Assembly (NCBI GenBank): GCA_963809895.1
Contig: CAWELD010000003.1
Location: forward strand, 544,001-608,000
Direction of reading: 5' to 3'
DNA: 64,000 bases
From: an uncultured Gemmatimonadales bacterium
Lineage (GTDB): Bacteria; Gemmatimonadota; Gemmatimonadetes; Longimicrobiales; Gaopeijiaceae
Both the position numbers and the translations under genes were made by a program. Positions 1-8,409 of the stretch are shown here, in pieces. A model generated the notes under the pieces. That model had not been told where the DNA came from, searched no databases, and worked only from the letters and a program-made list of their open reading frames with translations. Within the stretch, counting starts at the first letter, position 1; every line of letters begins with the position of its first letter.

Positions 1-1929
1 GGCCAGCAGGATCCCCACCAGCGCCTCGCCGGTGATGAGCCCCGACGAGAACAGCAGGCCGCGCCGCTCCGAGCGGGTGACGGCATCGGCCATGTCGGCC
101 TCGGAGCCGCGATAGCGCGCCCGCACCACCCGGCCCGCGCCCCAGGCGATCATGCCGCCGATGAAGATCGGCACGGTGAGCTCCAGGGGAAGGTAGATCC
201 CCACGGCCACCGCCAGCACGGGTGTGCGGAAGTCGCTCTTGCGCGCTTTGAGCCACTGGTCCAGGGCGATGATCACCACGGCCACCACCACCCCGATCCA
301 GATCATGGTCCAGGGCAGGTTGCGCTTGAAGACGCCGTCGGCCACGGCGCTCATGAGGGTGGCCTGCGGCGCCTGAAGTGCCTGCGACGGGTCCATCCCC
401 TCCCGGGGGAACACGTCGCCCAGCCCGTAGGCCTGGAAGAGGAGCTGCAGGACCGGCGCGACCACCAGCGCTCCCGCCACCACGCCCACCATCTGCATGA
501 TCTGCTGCTTGTAGGGCGTGGCCCCGACGAGCTGACCCGCCTTGAGGTCCTGCATGTTGTCGCCGGCGATGGCCGCGGCGTTGGCCACCACGGCGCCGAC
601 CAGGATGGCGGTGGCGGCGGCGGCGGTGGCCTGCGCGCCCCCGGCGGCGAAGTCGATCTGCGAGCCCAGCACCGCCAGCAGGATCAGCGAGATGGTCAGG
701 ATGGTGGCGATGGTGACGCCGGAGATGGGGTTGTTGGACGACCCCACCAGCCCGGCCATGTAGCCCGCCACCGACGAGAACAGGAACCCGGCTACCAGGG
801 CGAAGGCCACGCCCAGCAGGATGGTCTCCCAGTAGAGCCCGGTGCCGATGCCCAGGTGTCCCTGATCCACCACGTGCAGGAACACCAGGAGGATGGGGAT
901 CGTCATGAACACGGTGCCCCACGCCACCCAGGTGAAGGGCGTGTCCTGCTCGGTGCGGGGAACGGCGTCGGCGCCGCCCCGTCCGGCCTGACCCATGGCC
1001 GCGAGCGAGGAGCGGATGCCGTCGCGGATGGGTCCCATCAGCGACAGGAGCGCCCAGATGCCGCCGGTGGCCATGGCCCCCACGCCCAGGTAGCGGATGC
1101 GGGCGCTCCACACGGCCTCGGCCAGGTCGAAGCCCGACGCACCGCCGCCGATGGCCTGGAGCGTTTCCGGGGTGGCCGTCGCCGTGAAGATGGGGATGCC
1201 GAAGAGCCACGAGATGAGCCCGCCGGCGAAGACCAGGACGGCGATGTTGAGGCCCACGATGTAGCCGACCCCCAGGAGGGCCACCGACAGGTCGCTGCCG
1301 AACCCGAAGATGGCCCCTCCGGCGGTGACCGCTCCCGTGAAGCGGTCTCCCACCAGCTTGAACCCGGTCTGGGTGAGCTTGAGCAGCGCGCCGGCCATGC
1401 CCGCGAAGGCGATCCCCCGGACCCCTTCGCCCCCCTCCGTGCCGGCCTTGAGCACCTCGCCGGTGGCCACGCCCTCGGGAAAGCGGAGGCCCGCTTCGAG
1501 GATCAGCGCCCGGCGCAGGGGAATGGTGAAGAGCACGCCCAGGACGCCGCCGGCCAGGGCCAGGCCGGCGGTGGAGGAGAACTCGAAGCCTCCCCAGTAC
1601 CCCAGCATGATGAGCGCCGGAAGCGTGAAGATGACCCCGGCCGCCACCGATTCGCCGGCCGAGGCGGCGGTCTGGACGATGTTGTTCTCGAGGATGTTGC
1701 TCTCGCGGAACAGCCGCAGCACCGCCATGGAGATGACCGCCGCGGGAATGGACGCCGACACGGTCATGCCGACCTTGAGGCCGAGATAGGCGTTGGCCCC
1801 GGCCAGGATCGCCGACAGCAGCATGCCCAGGACCACGGCTTTGACCGTGATCTCCGGAAGCGTGCGGGACGCGGGAATGTAGGGCGTGACGGTCCCGGGA
1901 TCGGAACCGCCGGCGCTGGCGTCGGACAT
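1..1929 (-). CDS. OPT family oligopeptide transporter (runs off left edge)
   Basis: Manual translation from ATG at 1929: MSDASAGG...LPEITVKAVVLGMLLSAILAGANAYLGLKVGMTVSASIPAAVISMAVLRLFRESNILENNIVQTAASAGES..., later GLVGSSNNPISG and NMQDLKAGQLVGATPYKQQ. These are bacterial OPT motifs. Absent from the ORF track because it has no stop inside the window. Confidence 0.93.
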   Translation of the reverse strand, partial: MSDASAGGSDPGTVTPYIPASRTLPEITVKAVVLGMLLSAILAGANAYLGLKVGMTVSASIPAAVISMAVLRLFRESNILENNIVQTAASAGESVAAGVIFTLPALIMLGYWGGFEFSSTAGLALAGGVLGVLFTIPLRRALILEAGLRFPEGVATGEVLKAGTEGGEGVRGIAFAGMAGALLKLTQTGFKLVGDRFTGAVTAGGAIFGFGSDLSVALLGVGYIVGLNIAVLVFAGGLISWLFGIPIFTATATPETLQAIGGGASGFDLAEAVWSARIRYLGVGAMATGGIWALLSLMGPIRDGIRSSLAAMGQAGRGGADAVPRTEQDTPFTWVAWGTVFMTIPILLVFLHVVDQGHLGIGTGLYWETILLGVAFALVAGFLFSSVAGYMAGLVGSSNNPISGVTIATILTISLILLAVLGSQIDFAAGGAQATAAAATAILVGAVVANAAAIAGDNMQDLKAGQLVGATPYKQQIMQMVGVVAGALVVAPVLQLLFQAYGLGDVFPREGMDPSQALQAPQATLMSAVADGVFKRNLPWTMIWIGVVVAVVIIALDQWLKARKSDFRTPVLAVAVGIYLPLELTVPIFIGGMIAWGAGRVVRARYRGSEADMADAVTRSERRGLLFSSGLITGEALVGILLA

Positions 1930-2100
1930 GCGCTCGTCCAGGTGGGGTGGGGACGTACGGTCGCGCCGAAGGTCGCCGGGCGCCGCGCGCGGTGTCAAGC
2001 GAGGGTAGCGCATCGGGAGGGCGTGGGAGGTCGCGTCGGGTCGAGGGGCGGCGCTATCTTGCGGGGCCCTCCTCCGTGCCCGCTCCGTCCGGACGCCCGA

Positions 2101-4701
2101 ATGCCGTTCCCCCGTCGAGCTATCCCGCTGTCTCGTCTCGCCCTTATGGCGCTCCTGGCCGTGCCCGCGGCGGCCGTAGCCCAGGCTCCGCCCTCGCCGG
2201 CCGACGTGCTGGGCTGGGAGCTGGGAGAGCGCTTCACCGACGTGCCCGACGTGGGCCGCTACATGGAGGCGCTGGCCGACGCCTCGCCGCTGGTGAGCGT
2301 CGAGCGTTACGGGGAGACCTTCGAGGGCCGTCCGCTCGTGCAGGTGCTGGTGGCATCGCCGGAGTACCGCGCCCGGCTGGACGAGATCCTGGCCGCCAAC
2401 CGCGAGCTCACCGATCCCGGGACCTCCCGGGAGCGGGCCGCCGACATCATCCGGGACAATCCCGCCGTGGTGTACCTGTCGTACGGCGTGCACGGCAACG
2501 AGACCTCCTCGTCGGAGGCGGCCATGTGGACCGCCTGGGACCTGGCCCGGGGCGCCGCAGAGGTGGCGGGGGTGCTGGACTCGGTGATCGTGGTCATCGA
2601 TCCCATGCTCAATCCCGACGGCCGCGCGCGCTATGTGCAGTTCTACCGGGGCGCCCGGGGAGCGGAGCCCAATCCCAACCCCGACGCCCGTGAGCACGAC
2701 GAGCCCTGGCCCGGCGGGCGCAGCAACCACTTCTACTTCGATCTGAACCGGGACTGGAGCTGGGTGAGCCAGGCCGAGACCCGGGCGCGCCTGGCGACGT
2801 GGGATCGCTGGAATCCCCAGGTCCACGTGGACTTCCACGAGATGAGCCCGCGCTCCACCTACTTCTTCTTCCCGTCCGCGGAGCCGGTGAACCCCATCTA
2901 TCCCGAGACGACGCTGGCGTGGGGACGGCGGTTCGGCGAGGCCAACGCCCGGGCCTTCGACGCGCGGGGCTGGCTCTATTTCACGGGCGAGAGCTACGAC
3001 CACTTCTACCCGGGCTACGGAGACACCTGGCCTTCACTCACCGGGGCCATCGGCATGACCTACGAGCAGGCGGGCGGCGGGTCGGCGGGGCTGGCCTTCG
3101 AGCGTGCCGACGGCACCGTGCTGACCCTGCGAGATCGGGCGCAGCACCATCGCACCACCGGCGAAGCGACGCTGCGCACCGCCGCCCAGGGCCGTACGCG
3201 CCTGCTGGAGGACTACGCCGCCTTTCACCGGGACATCGGCGCCGACGAGCCCGACGTGCTCCTGGTACCGGCGACCGACCCGGGCCCGGCCCGGGCGCTG
3301 GTGGCGCTCCTGCAGGCGCAGGGCGTCGAGGTGGAGCGGGCCTCGGAGGCCTTCGAGACGCGGGCCCGGCCCCACCGGGGATGGGACGAGCGCCGGGAGT
3401 TTCCGGCCGGGACCTACCGGGTGCGGGCCCGGCAGCCGCGGGGGCGATTGGCCACCACGCTGCTTCAGGCCGAGACCGAGCTCGACGCCACCTTCTCGTA
3501 CGACATCAGCGCCTGGTCGCTCCCCTATGGCTTCGGCGTGGAGGCCCAGTCGGCCGAGAACGTGCCCGATGCCGGCTGGCGCGCCGCGCCCGTGGAGTCG
3601 TCGGTGAGCATGGCCGGCTCCGCCGCGGAGGGTGATGCCGCGGAGGGTGCCGCCAATGCGGCGGCCGCCCCGCCGCCCACCGATGCCGCCGCCCGCGTGG
3701 GCTACCTGGTGCGTCCCGGCTTCGCTGCCTGGCCAGGCATCGTCCGCTTCCTGGGTGACGGCGGTTCGGTCCGCGTTATGGCCGAACCCTTCACCCTGGG
3801 CGGCGAGGCCTATCCCCGGGGCACCTTCTACCTGCCCCGGGATTCGGACGGGGAGTTGGACGAGCGCGTGCGTCGCGCGGGACTGGGCGAGCGGGCGGAA
3901 CCTGCGGCCACCGGCCTCACCGACGACGGACCCGACCTGGGCACCGGAAGCGCCGCCGAGCTGCTCCTGCCCCGGGTCGCGCTCCTGTCCGGTGAAGGCA
4001 CCTCGTCGGGCTCCATGGGCGCAACCTGGTACTTCCTGGAGCGACGCCTGGGGCTGCCCTTCGACGCGCTGGAGGTGAGCCGGGTCGCCGGCACCGACCT
4101 GTCCGACTACGATGTGGTCGTCGTGCCGTCGGCGTCGGGGCTCGGGCGCACCCTGGGCGAGGCCGGACGCTCGGCGCTGGAGGACTGGGTGCGGACGGGC
4201 GGCACGCTGGTGGCGCTGGCGCGCGGCGCCGCCGAGGTGGGCGGCTGGATGGACGTCACCCTGCGGGAGCCCCCGGGCGTGGACGAGGCGCTCCGGCTGG
4301 ACCGGGCCCTCCGCACCCGGCACGAGCGCGAGGTGGAGTCCTGGGAGGAGGCGACGCCGGGAGCGATTCTCCAGGCCACGCTGGATCCGCAGCAGCCGCT
4401 GGCCTTCGGTGCCGCGGCCGGGGGCGTGGACCACGCCATGTTCGTCCTGTCCACGGGCACCAGCTTCGAGCCCGCCGAGAGCTTCGAGAGCGTGGCCTGG
4501 TTCGCCGACGACGTGGACAAGATCAGCGGCGTCGTGGGTGAGGCCACCCTGGACCGCCTGCGCCGGAGCAGTTGGATCGTGCAGCGGCGCTCGGGCCGGG
4601 GCAGGGTGGTGTTGTTCGCCGACGATCCCCTGTACCGCATGATGTGGTACGCCGGCTTCCAGCCCTTCACCAACGCGGTGATGCTGGCGCCGGTGTTCTG
4701 A
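2101..4701 (+). CDS. Secreted M14 family zinc carboxypeptidase with C-terminal GATase-like domain
   Basis: Signal peptide (LALMALLAVPAAAVA-Q), HGNE zinc motif, NPDG, DLNRD, DFHEM. The ORF-track start at 856 is an antisense shadow of OPT; the true start is near ATG 2101. Confidence 0.88.
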   Translation: MPFPRRAIPLSRLALMALLAVPAAAVAQAPPSPADVLGWELGERFTDVPDVGRYMEALADASPLVSVERYGETFEGRPLVQVLVASPEYRARLDEILAANRELTDPGTSRERAADIIRDNPAVVYLSYGVHGNETSSSEAAMWTAWDLARGAAEVAGVLDSVIVVIDPMLNPDGRARYVQFYRGARGAEPNPNPDAREHDEPWPGGRSNHFYFDLNRDWSWVSQAETRARLATWDRWNPQVHVDFHEMSPRSTYFFFPSAEPVNPIYPETTLAWGRRFGEANARAFDARGWLYFTGESYDHFYPGYGDTWPSLTGAIGMTYEQAGGGSAGLAFERADGTVLTLRDRAQHHRTTGEATLRTAAQGRTRLLEDYAAFHRDIGADEPDVLLVPATDPGPARALVALLQAQGVEVERASEAFETRARPHRGWDERREFPAGTYRVRARQPRGRLATTLLQAETELDATFSYDISAWSLPYGFGVEAQSAENVPDAGWRAAPVESSVSMAGSAAEGDAAEGAANAAAAPPPTDAAARVGYLVRPGFAAWPGIVRFLGDGGSVRVMAEPFTLGGEAYPRGTFYLPRDSDGELDERVRRAGLGERAEPAATGLTDDGPDLGTGSAAELLLPRVALLSGEGTSSGSMGATWYFLERRLGLPFDALEVSRVAGTDLSDYDVVVVPSASGLGRTLGEAGRSALEDWVRTGGTLVALARGAAEVGGWMDVTLREPPGVDEALRLDRALRTRHEREVESWEEATPGAILQATLDPQQPLAFGAAAGGVDHAMFVLSTGTSFEPAESFESVAWFADDVDKISGVVGEATLDRLRRSSWIVQRRSGRGRVVLFADDPLYRMMWYAGFQPFTNAVMLAPVF

Positions 4702-4819
4702 CATGGCCGGGCGCCGCCGCGACGCGTGGCAGGGTGAGGGCGACTGCCACGTCTGGCGCGGATCCTGCATTCAGGGGTGTGGTAAACGAGTGGACCATAG
4801 ATCCTCGCCAGGAGCCACC

Positions 4820-6259
4820 ATGCCTCGCCTACGACATCGCCGGGCGGCCACGCTGCTGCCGCTCCTCCTTCTCGCGGCCGGCTGTGCGGTCAACCCCGCC
4901 ACCGGGGAGCGCCAGCTCAGCCTCATCAGCGAGGATCAGGAGATCCAGATGGGCCGCGACGCCGATCAGCAGATCACGGCCAGCATGGGGCTCTATCCCG
5001 ACGACGACGTGCAGGCGTACGTGTCGAGTCTGGGCAAGAAGCTGGCAGCCGGCTCCGAGCGTCCGAACCTGCCCTGGACCTTCCGCGTCATCGACGATCC
5101 CACGGTGAACGCCTTCGCGCTCCCCGGGGGATTCGTCTACGTCACCCGCGGCATCCTCACGCACCTCACCTCCGAGGCCGAGTTGGCCGGGGTGCTGGGC
5201 CACGAGATCGGACACGTCACCGCGCGGCACTCGGTGAACCAGATGAGCAAGGCCCAGCTCGCGCAGCTCGGCCTGGGCATCGGCATGATCTTCTCCGAGA
5301 CGCTGCGGAACTTCGGCAACGTGGCCGGCGCCGGGCTCCAGCTCCTCTTCCTCAAGTTCAGTCGCGACGACGAGAGCCAGGCGGATCGGCTGGGCGTGCG
5401 CTACATGACCAACCTGGACTACGATCCCAGACAGCTCGCCGGCGTGATGACCATGCTGGCACGCTCGTCGCAGCTGCAGGCCGGGAGCGGCCGCGTGCCC
5501 GAGTGGCTGTCCACGCACCCGGACCCGGCCAACCGCAGCCAGGCCATCATGGCCATGGTGGACCAGTCGGGGATCGACCTGTCCAGCGCGGTGGTGGCGC
5601 GTCCCACGTATCTGCGCCATGTGGACGACATGATCTTCGGCGCCAATCCCCGGGAGGGATACACCGAGGAGGGCGTCTTCCACCATCCGGATCTGGCGTT
5701 CCGGATGGAGGTGCCGTCGGGCTGGTCGGTCATCAACGGCAAGCAGGAGGTCCAGTTCGTATCGCCGAACCAGGACGGGGCCGTCATCCTGAGCCTCAGC
5801 GAGGGCGCGCCTCGTGACGCCCTGGCGACCTTCGCGCAGCAGGACGGCCTCACGGTGGGCACGCCGGAGGCGCGCACGGTCAACGGCTTCGACGCCGTGG
5901 CGGCACCCTTCGAAGCCACCACCGATCAGGGCACCCTCCGCGGGGAGGCGCTCTTCCTGCGCTACGACGGCAACACCTACCGGCTGCTCGGCGTGGCCTC
6001 GTCGAGTGCGTGGTCGTCGTTGGCGTCCGCCGCACGGTCCACCATGAACAGCTTCCGCCGCGAAACCGACTCCCGCGTCCTGGGCGTGCAGCCCGATCGC
6101 GTAGATCTGGTGGACCTGAGCTCGTCGTTGTCCGTGGGCAGCTTCATGGACCGCTACCCGTCTGCGGTGCGGCCGGAGATCATCGCCCTCATCAATCAGG
6201 TCCCGGTGGACGGATCGTTCTCGCCGGGTCTGACGAAGCGGGTGGTCGGGGGGCGCTGA
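4820..6259 (+). CDS. M48 family metalloprotease (BepA/YfgC-like), lipoprotein
   Basis: GGAG RBS before ATG 4820; lipobox LAAGC; NAFALPGG, HEIGH, FSRDDESQAD, LSTHP. Confidence 0.88.
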   Translation: MPRLRHRRAATLLPLLLLAAGCAVNPATGERQLSLISEDQEIQMGRDADQQITASMGLYPDDDVQAYVSSLGKKLAAGSERPNLPWTFRVIDDPTVNAFALPGGFVYVTRGILTHLTSEAELAGVLGHEIGHVTARHSVNQMSKAQLAQLGLGIGMIFSETLRNFGNVAGAGLQLLFLKFSRDDESQADRLGVRYMTNLDYDPRQLAGVMTMLARSSQLQAGSGRVPEWLSTHPDPANRSQAIMAMVDQSGIDLSSAVVARPTYLRHVDDMIFGANPREGYTEEGVFHHPDLAFRMEVPSGWSVINGKQEVQFVSPNQDGAVILSLSEGAPRDALATFAQQDGLTVGTPEARTVNGFDAVAAPFEATTDQGTLRGEALFLRYDGNTYRLLGVASSSAWSSLASAARSTMNSFRRETDSRVLGVQPDRVDLVDLSSSLSVGSFMDRYPSAVRPEIIALINQVPVDGSFSPGLTKRVVGGR

Positions 6260-6269
6260 GCCGGGGGGA

Positions 6270-8273
6270 TCAGTCTCCGACGAGATCCTCGAGGAGGCCG
6301 TTCTTCGCGAGGTCCTCCAGGGCCCGGACCACGCGGGGATCGAAGGCCGCGCCGGCGTCCTTGCGGATCATGTCCAGGGTGCGGGCCATGGGAATGGCCT
6401 CCTTGTAGGGACGCTGGTGGAGGAGGGAGTCGAAGACGTCGGCCACGGCCACGATACGGCCCGTGACCGGGATGTCGTTTCCGGCCCGACCGGCCGGATA
6501 GCCCTTGCCGTCCCAACGCTCGTGGTGCGAGAGGGCGATCTCGCGGGCCACTTCCAGCACCCGGTGCGGGCTGCCCGCGAGCAGCTCGGCGCCCAGACGC
6601 GTGTGCTCCCGCATGCGGGCGTACTGGGCGTCGGTGAGGGGGCCGGGCTTGCGCAGGATGTCGTCCGGGATGGCAATCTTGCCGACATCGTGCAGGGGCG
6701 CCGCCAGGCGCAGCACGGACACCGTCGCCGGGTCCATCTCCATGCGCACGGCGATGCGTTCGGCCAGGATGCCCACCCGCTCCTGGTGGCGGCCGGTGGC
6801 GTCGTCCCGGTACTCGGCCGCACGGGCCAGGCGTCGGAGAATCTCCACCCGGGCGTCTTCCAGCTCCCGGGTGCGCTCGCGGACCCGTTCCTCCAGCTGG
6901 TCGCGGGCCTCGCGTAGCGCAAGGTGGAGGGCGCGGGTCTCCAGTAGGTTGAGGATGCGGGCTTCCAGCTCGGTGAGGTCCACGGGCTTGTTGAGGAAGT
7001 CCCGCCCACCCATGCGCAGCGCGCGCTCGCGCACCTCGGGCTGACGCTCGCCGGTGAGGACGAGCACGGGCAGGTATCCCTCGGACTCCACCAGCGGCTT
7101 CATCCGCTCCAGCACCTGGAATCCGTCCATCTCGGGCATCATCAGGTCCAGGAGCACCAGGTCCGGCGCGTCGGCGTCCATGGACGCCAGCGCTTGCACC
7201 GGATCCTGGAAGCCCTCGACGTTGGTGAACCCCAGAGCCCGGAGCGCACGGCCGAACGCCCGCAGGTTGGAGCCCTCGTCGTCCACGACCACGATGCGCG
7301 CCCCCAGGAATCGCTGTGCGCCGTTGCTTGCGCCGGGTCCGGGCCCACCCGCCAACGCCAGAACCGGTGTGGACGATCCTCGCACGGCAACGCCCGACTC
7401 GAGCTCGCCCTCGAACGCATGCACGCGCAGCTGATCCGGTCCCTGGCGCTTCGCCTCGCGCAGGGCCTCATCGGCGGCGCTCACCAGGGCATCCGCGCTG
7501 GCCGTGTGCTCGTCGTGCGACGCCACGCCGGCGCTCATCGTGACGGGCTGCCAGCGGAGCGGGGCATCGCGCACGGCCGTCCGCAGGGCGTCGGCGCGGG
7601 CGACGGCCCGGGCCTCGGTCACGGCGGGCAGGATCACCAGGAACTCGCCGCCCCCCCAGCGGCCCACGAGCTCACCGTCGCGGAGCGTGCGGCGGATGAT
7701 CCCGCCGACCTCGCGCAGCACCTCATCACCGGCCTCATGGCCGTGCTCCTCGTTGAGCCAGCGGAGGCCGTCCAGGTCGAAGAGGACGAGCGACAGGGGC
7801 GTGCCCGCCCGGGCGCCCGCAACCGAGGCGTTCAGCGTGATCTGGGTATGGCGCCGATTGGGGAGGCCCGTTACCGGATCGGTGAGGGCCAGGCGGTGAC
7901 TCGCGGCCCGCTGGCGGTCCTGGAGGCTCGCGAACCAGCCGGCGCCGACGCTCAGCGCGACGTACGCCGCCAGCGCGGGAACGACCACGCGCCAGTCCGG
8001 CATGCCACCCCCCCGCAGGTTCACCAGGACCTGCCCGATCGCCAGCACCGCCATTCCCGCCGCCATCGCCGTGGAGGTGCCCCGCCATCCGCCGTAGTGG
8101 CTCAGGACGAAGGCCGGCAACAAGGTCGTCATCCAGAGGAGTAGACCCAGCTCGCGGGCCGAGCCCGGTGCCGCCGCCAGCCATGCCACCAGCGGGAGCG
8201 CCAGCGACACGCAGATCAGCACCAACGCCGGACCCGGGAGGTGCCTTCGTGGAGGATCGGGAGGTGACGTCAT
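6270..8273 (-). CDS. Membrane-bound degenerate GGDEF - REC - HD-GYP cyclic dinucleotide signalling protein
   Basis: About 4 N-terminal TM helices; TDPVTGLPNRR...GRWGGGEF; REC (VVDD, LLDLMMPEMDG, FLNKP); HD-GYP (HDVGK, HHERWDGKGYP, VADVFD, RPYK). Start ambiguous (8273, or 8357 in the ORF track). Confidence 0.85.
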   Translation of the reverse strand: MTSPPDPPRRHLPGPALVLICVSLALPLVAWLAAAPGSARELGLLLWMTTLLPAFVLSHYGGWRGTSTAMAAGMAVLAIGQVLVNLRGGGMPDWRVVVPALAAYVALSVGAGWFASLQDRQRAASHRLALTDPVTGLPNRRHTQITLNASVAGARAGTPLSLVLFDLDGLRWLNEEHGHEAGDEVLREVGGIIRRTLRDGELVGRWGGGEFLVILPAVTEARAVARADALRTAVRDAPLRWQPVTMSAGVASHDEHTASADALVSAADEALREAKRQGPDQLRVHAFEGELESGVAVRGSSTPVLALAGGPGPGASNGAQRFLGARIVVVDDEGSNLRAFGRALRALGFTNVEGFQDPVQALASMDADAPDLVLLDLMMPEMDGFQVLERMKPLVESEGYLPVLVLTGERQPEVRERALRMGGRDFLNKPVDLTELEARILNLLETRALHLALREARDQLEERVRERTRELEDARVEILRRLARAAEYRDDATGRHQERVGILAERIAVRMEMDPATVSVLRLAAPLHDVGKIAIPDDILRKPGPLTDAQYARMREHTRLGAELLAGSPHRVLEVAREIALSHHERWDGKGYPAGRAGNDIPVTGRIVAVADVFDSLLHQRPYKEAIPMARTLDMIRKDAGAAFDPRVVRALEDLAKNGLLEDLVGD

Positions 8274-8333
8274 TCGGCTACCATCGAGGGAATACCCACC
8301 TTTCACAACCCCCGGGACGATACTGCCCGCCCC

Positions 8334-8349
8334 TGGCACCCAACTTGTA
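8334..8349 (+). promoter_or_regulatory. Putative sigma54-type -24/-12 element upstream of clpB
   Basis: TGGCAC-CCAAC-TTGTA versus consensus TGGCAC-N5-TTGC(A/T); one mismatch at the -12 C; about 60 nt before the clpB ATG. Confidence 0.4.
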
Positions 8350-8409
8350 CCATTCAATGTGTAGCACCCGCCCCGACTGTCAGAAAGGCAGAAGCCGGAG
8401 ACTGATTAC

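Noticed and set aside
856..2100. Long N-terminal extensions and overlapping ORFs in the ORF track (856-2100, also 18008-19198, 21114-24446, 58035-60824)
   Set aside because: High-GC shadow frames overlapping well-supported genes; no motifs and Arg/Gly/Pro-biased composition.
8361..8390. CIRCE-like half site (TAGCACCC) upstream of clpB
   Set aside because: No matching GAGTGCTAA arm at 9-nt spacing.
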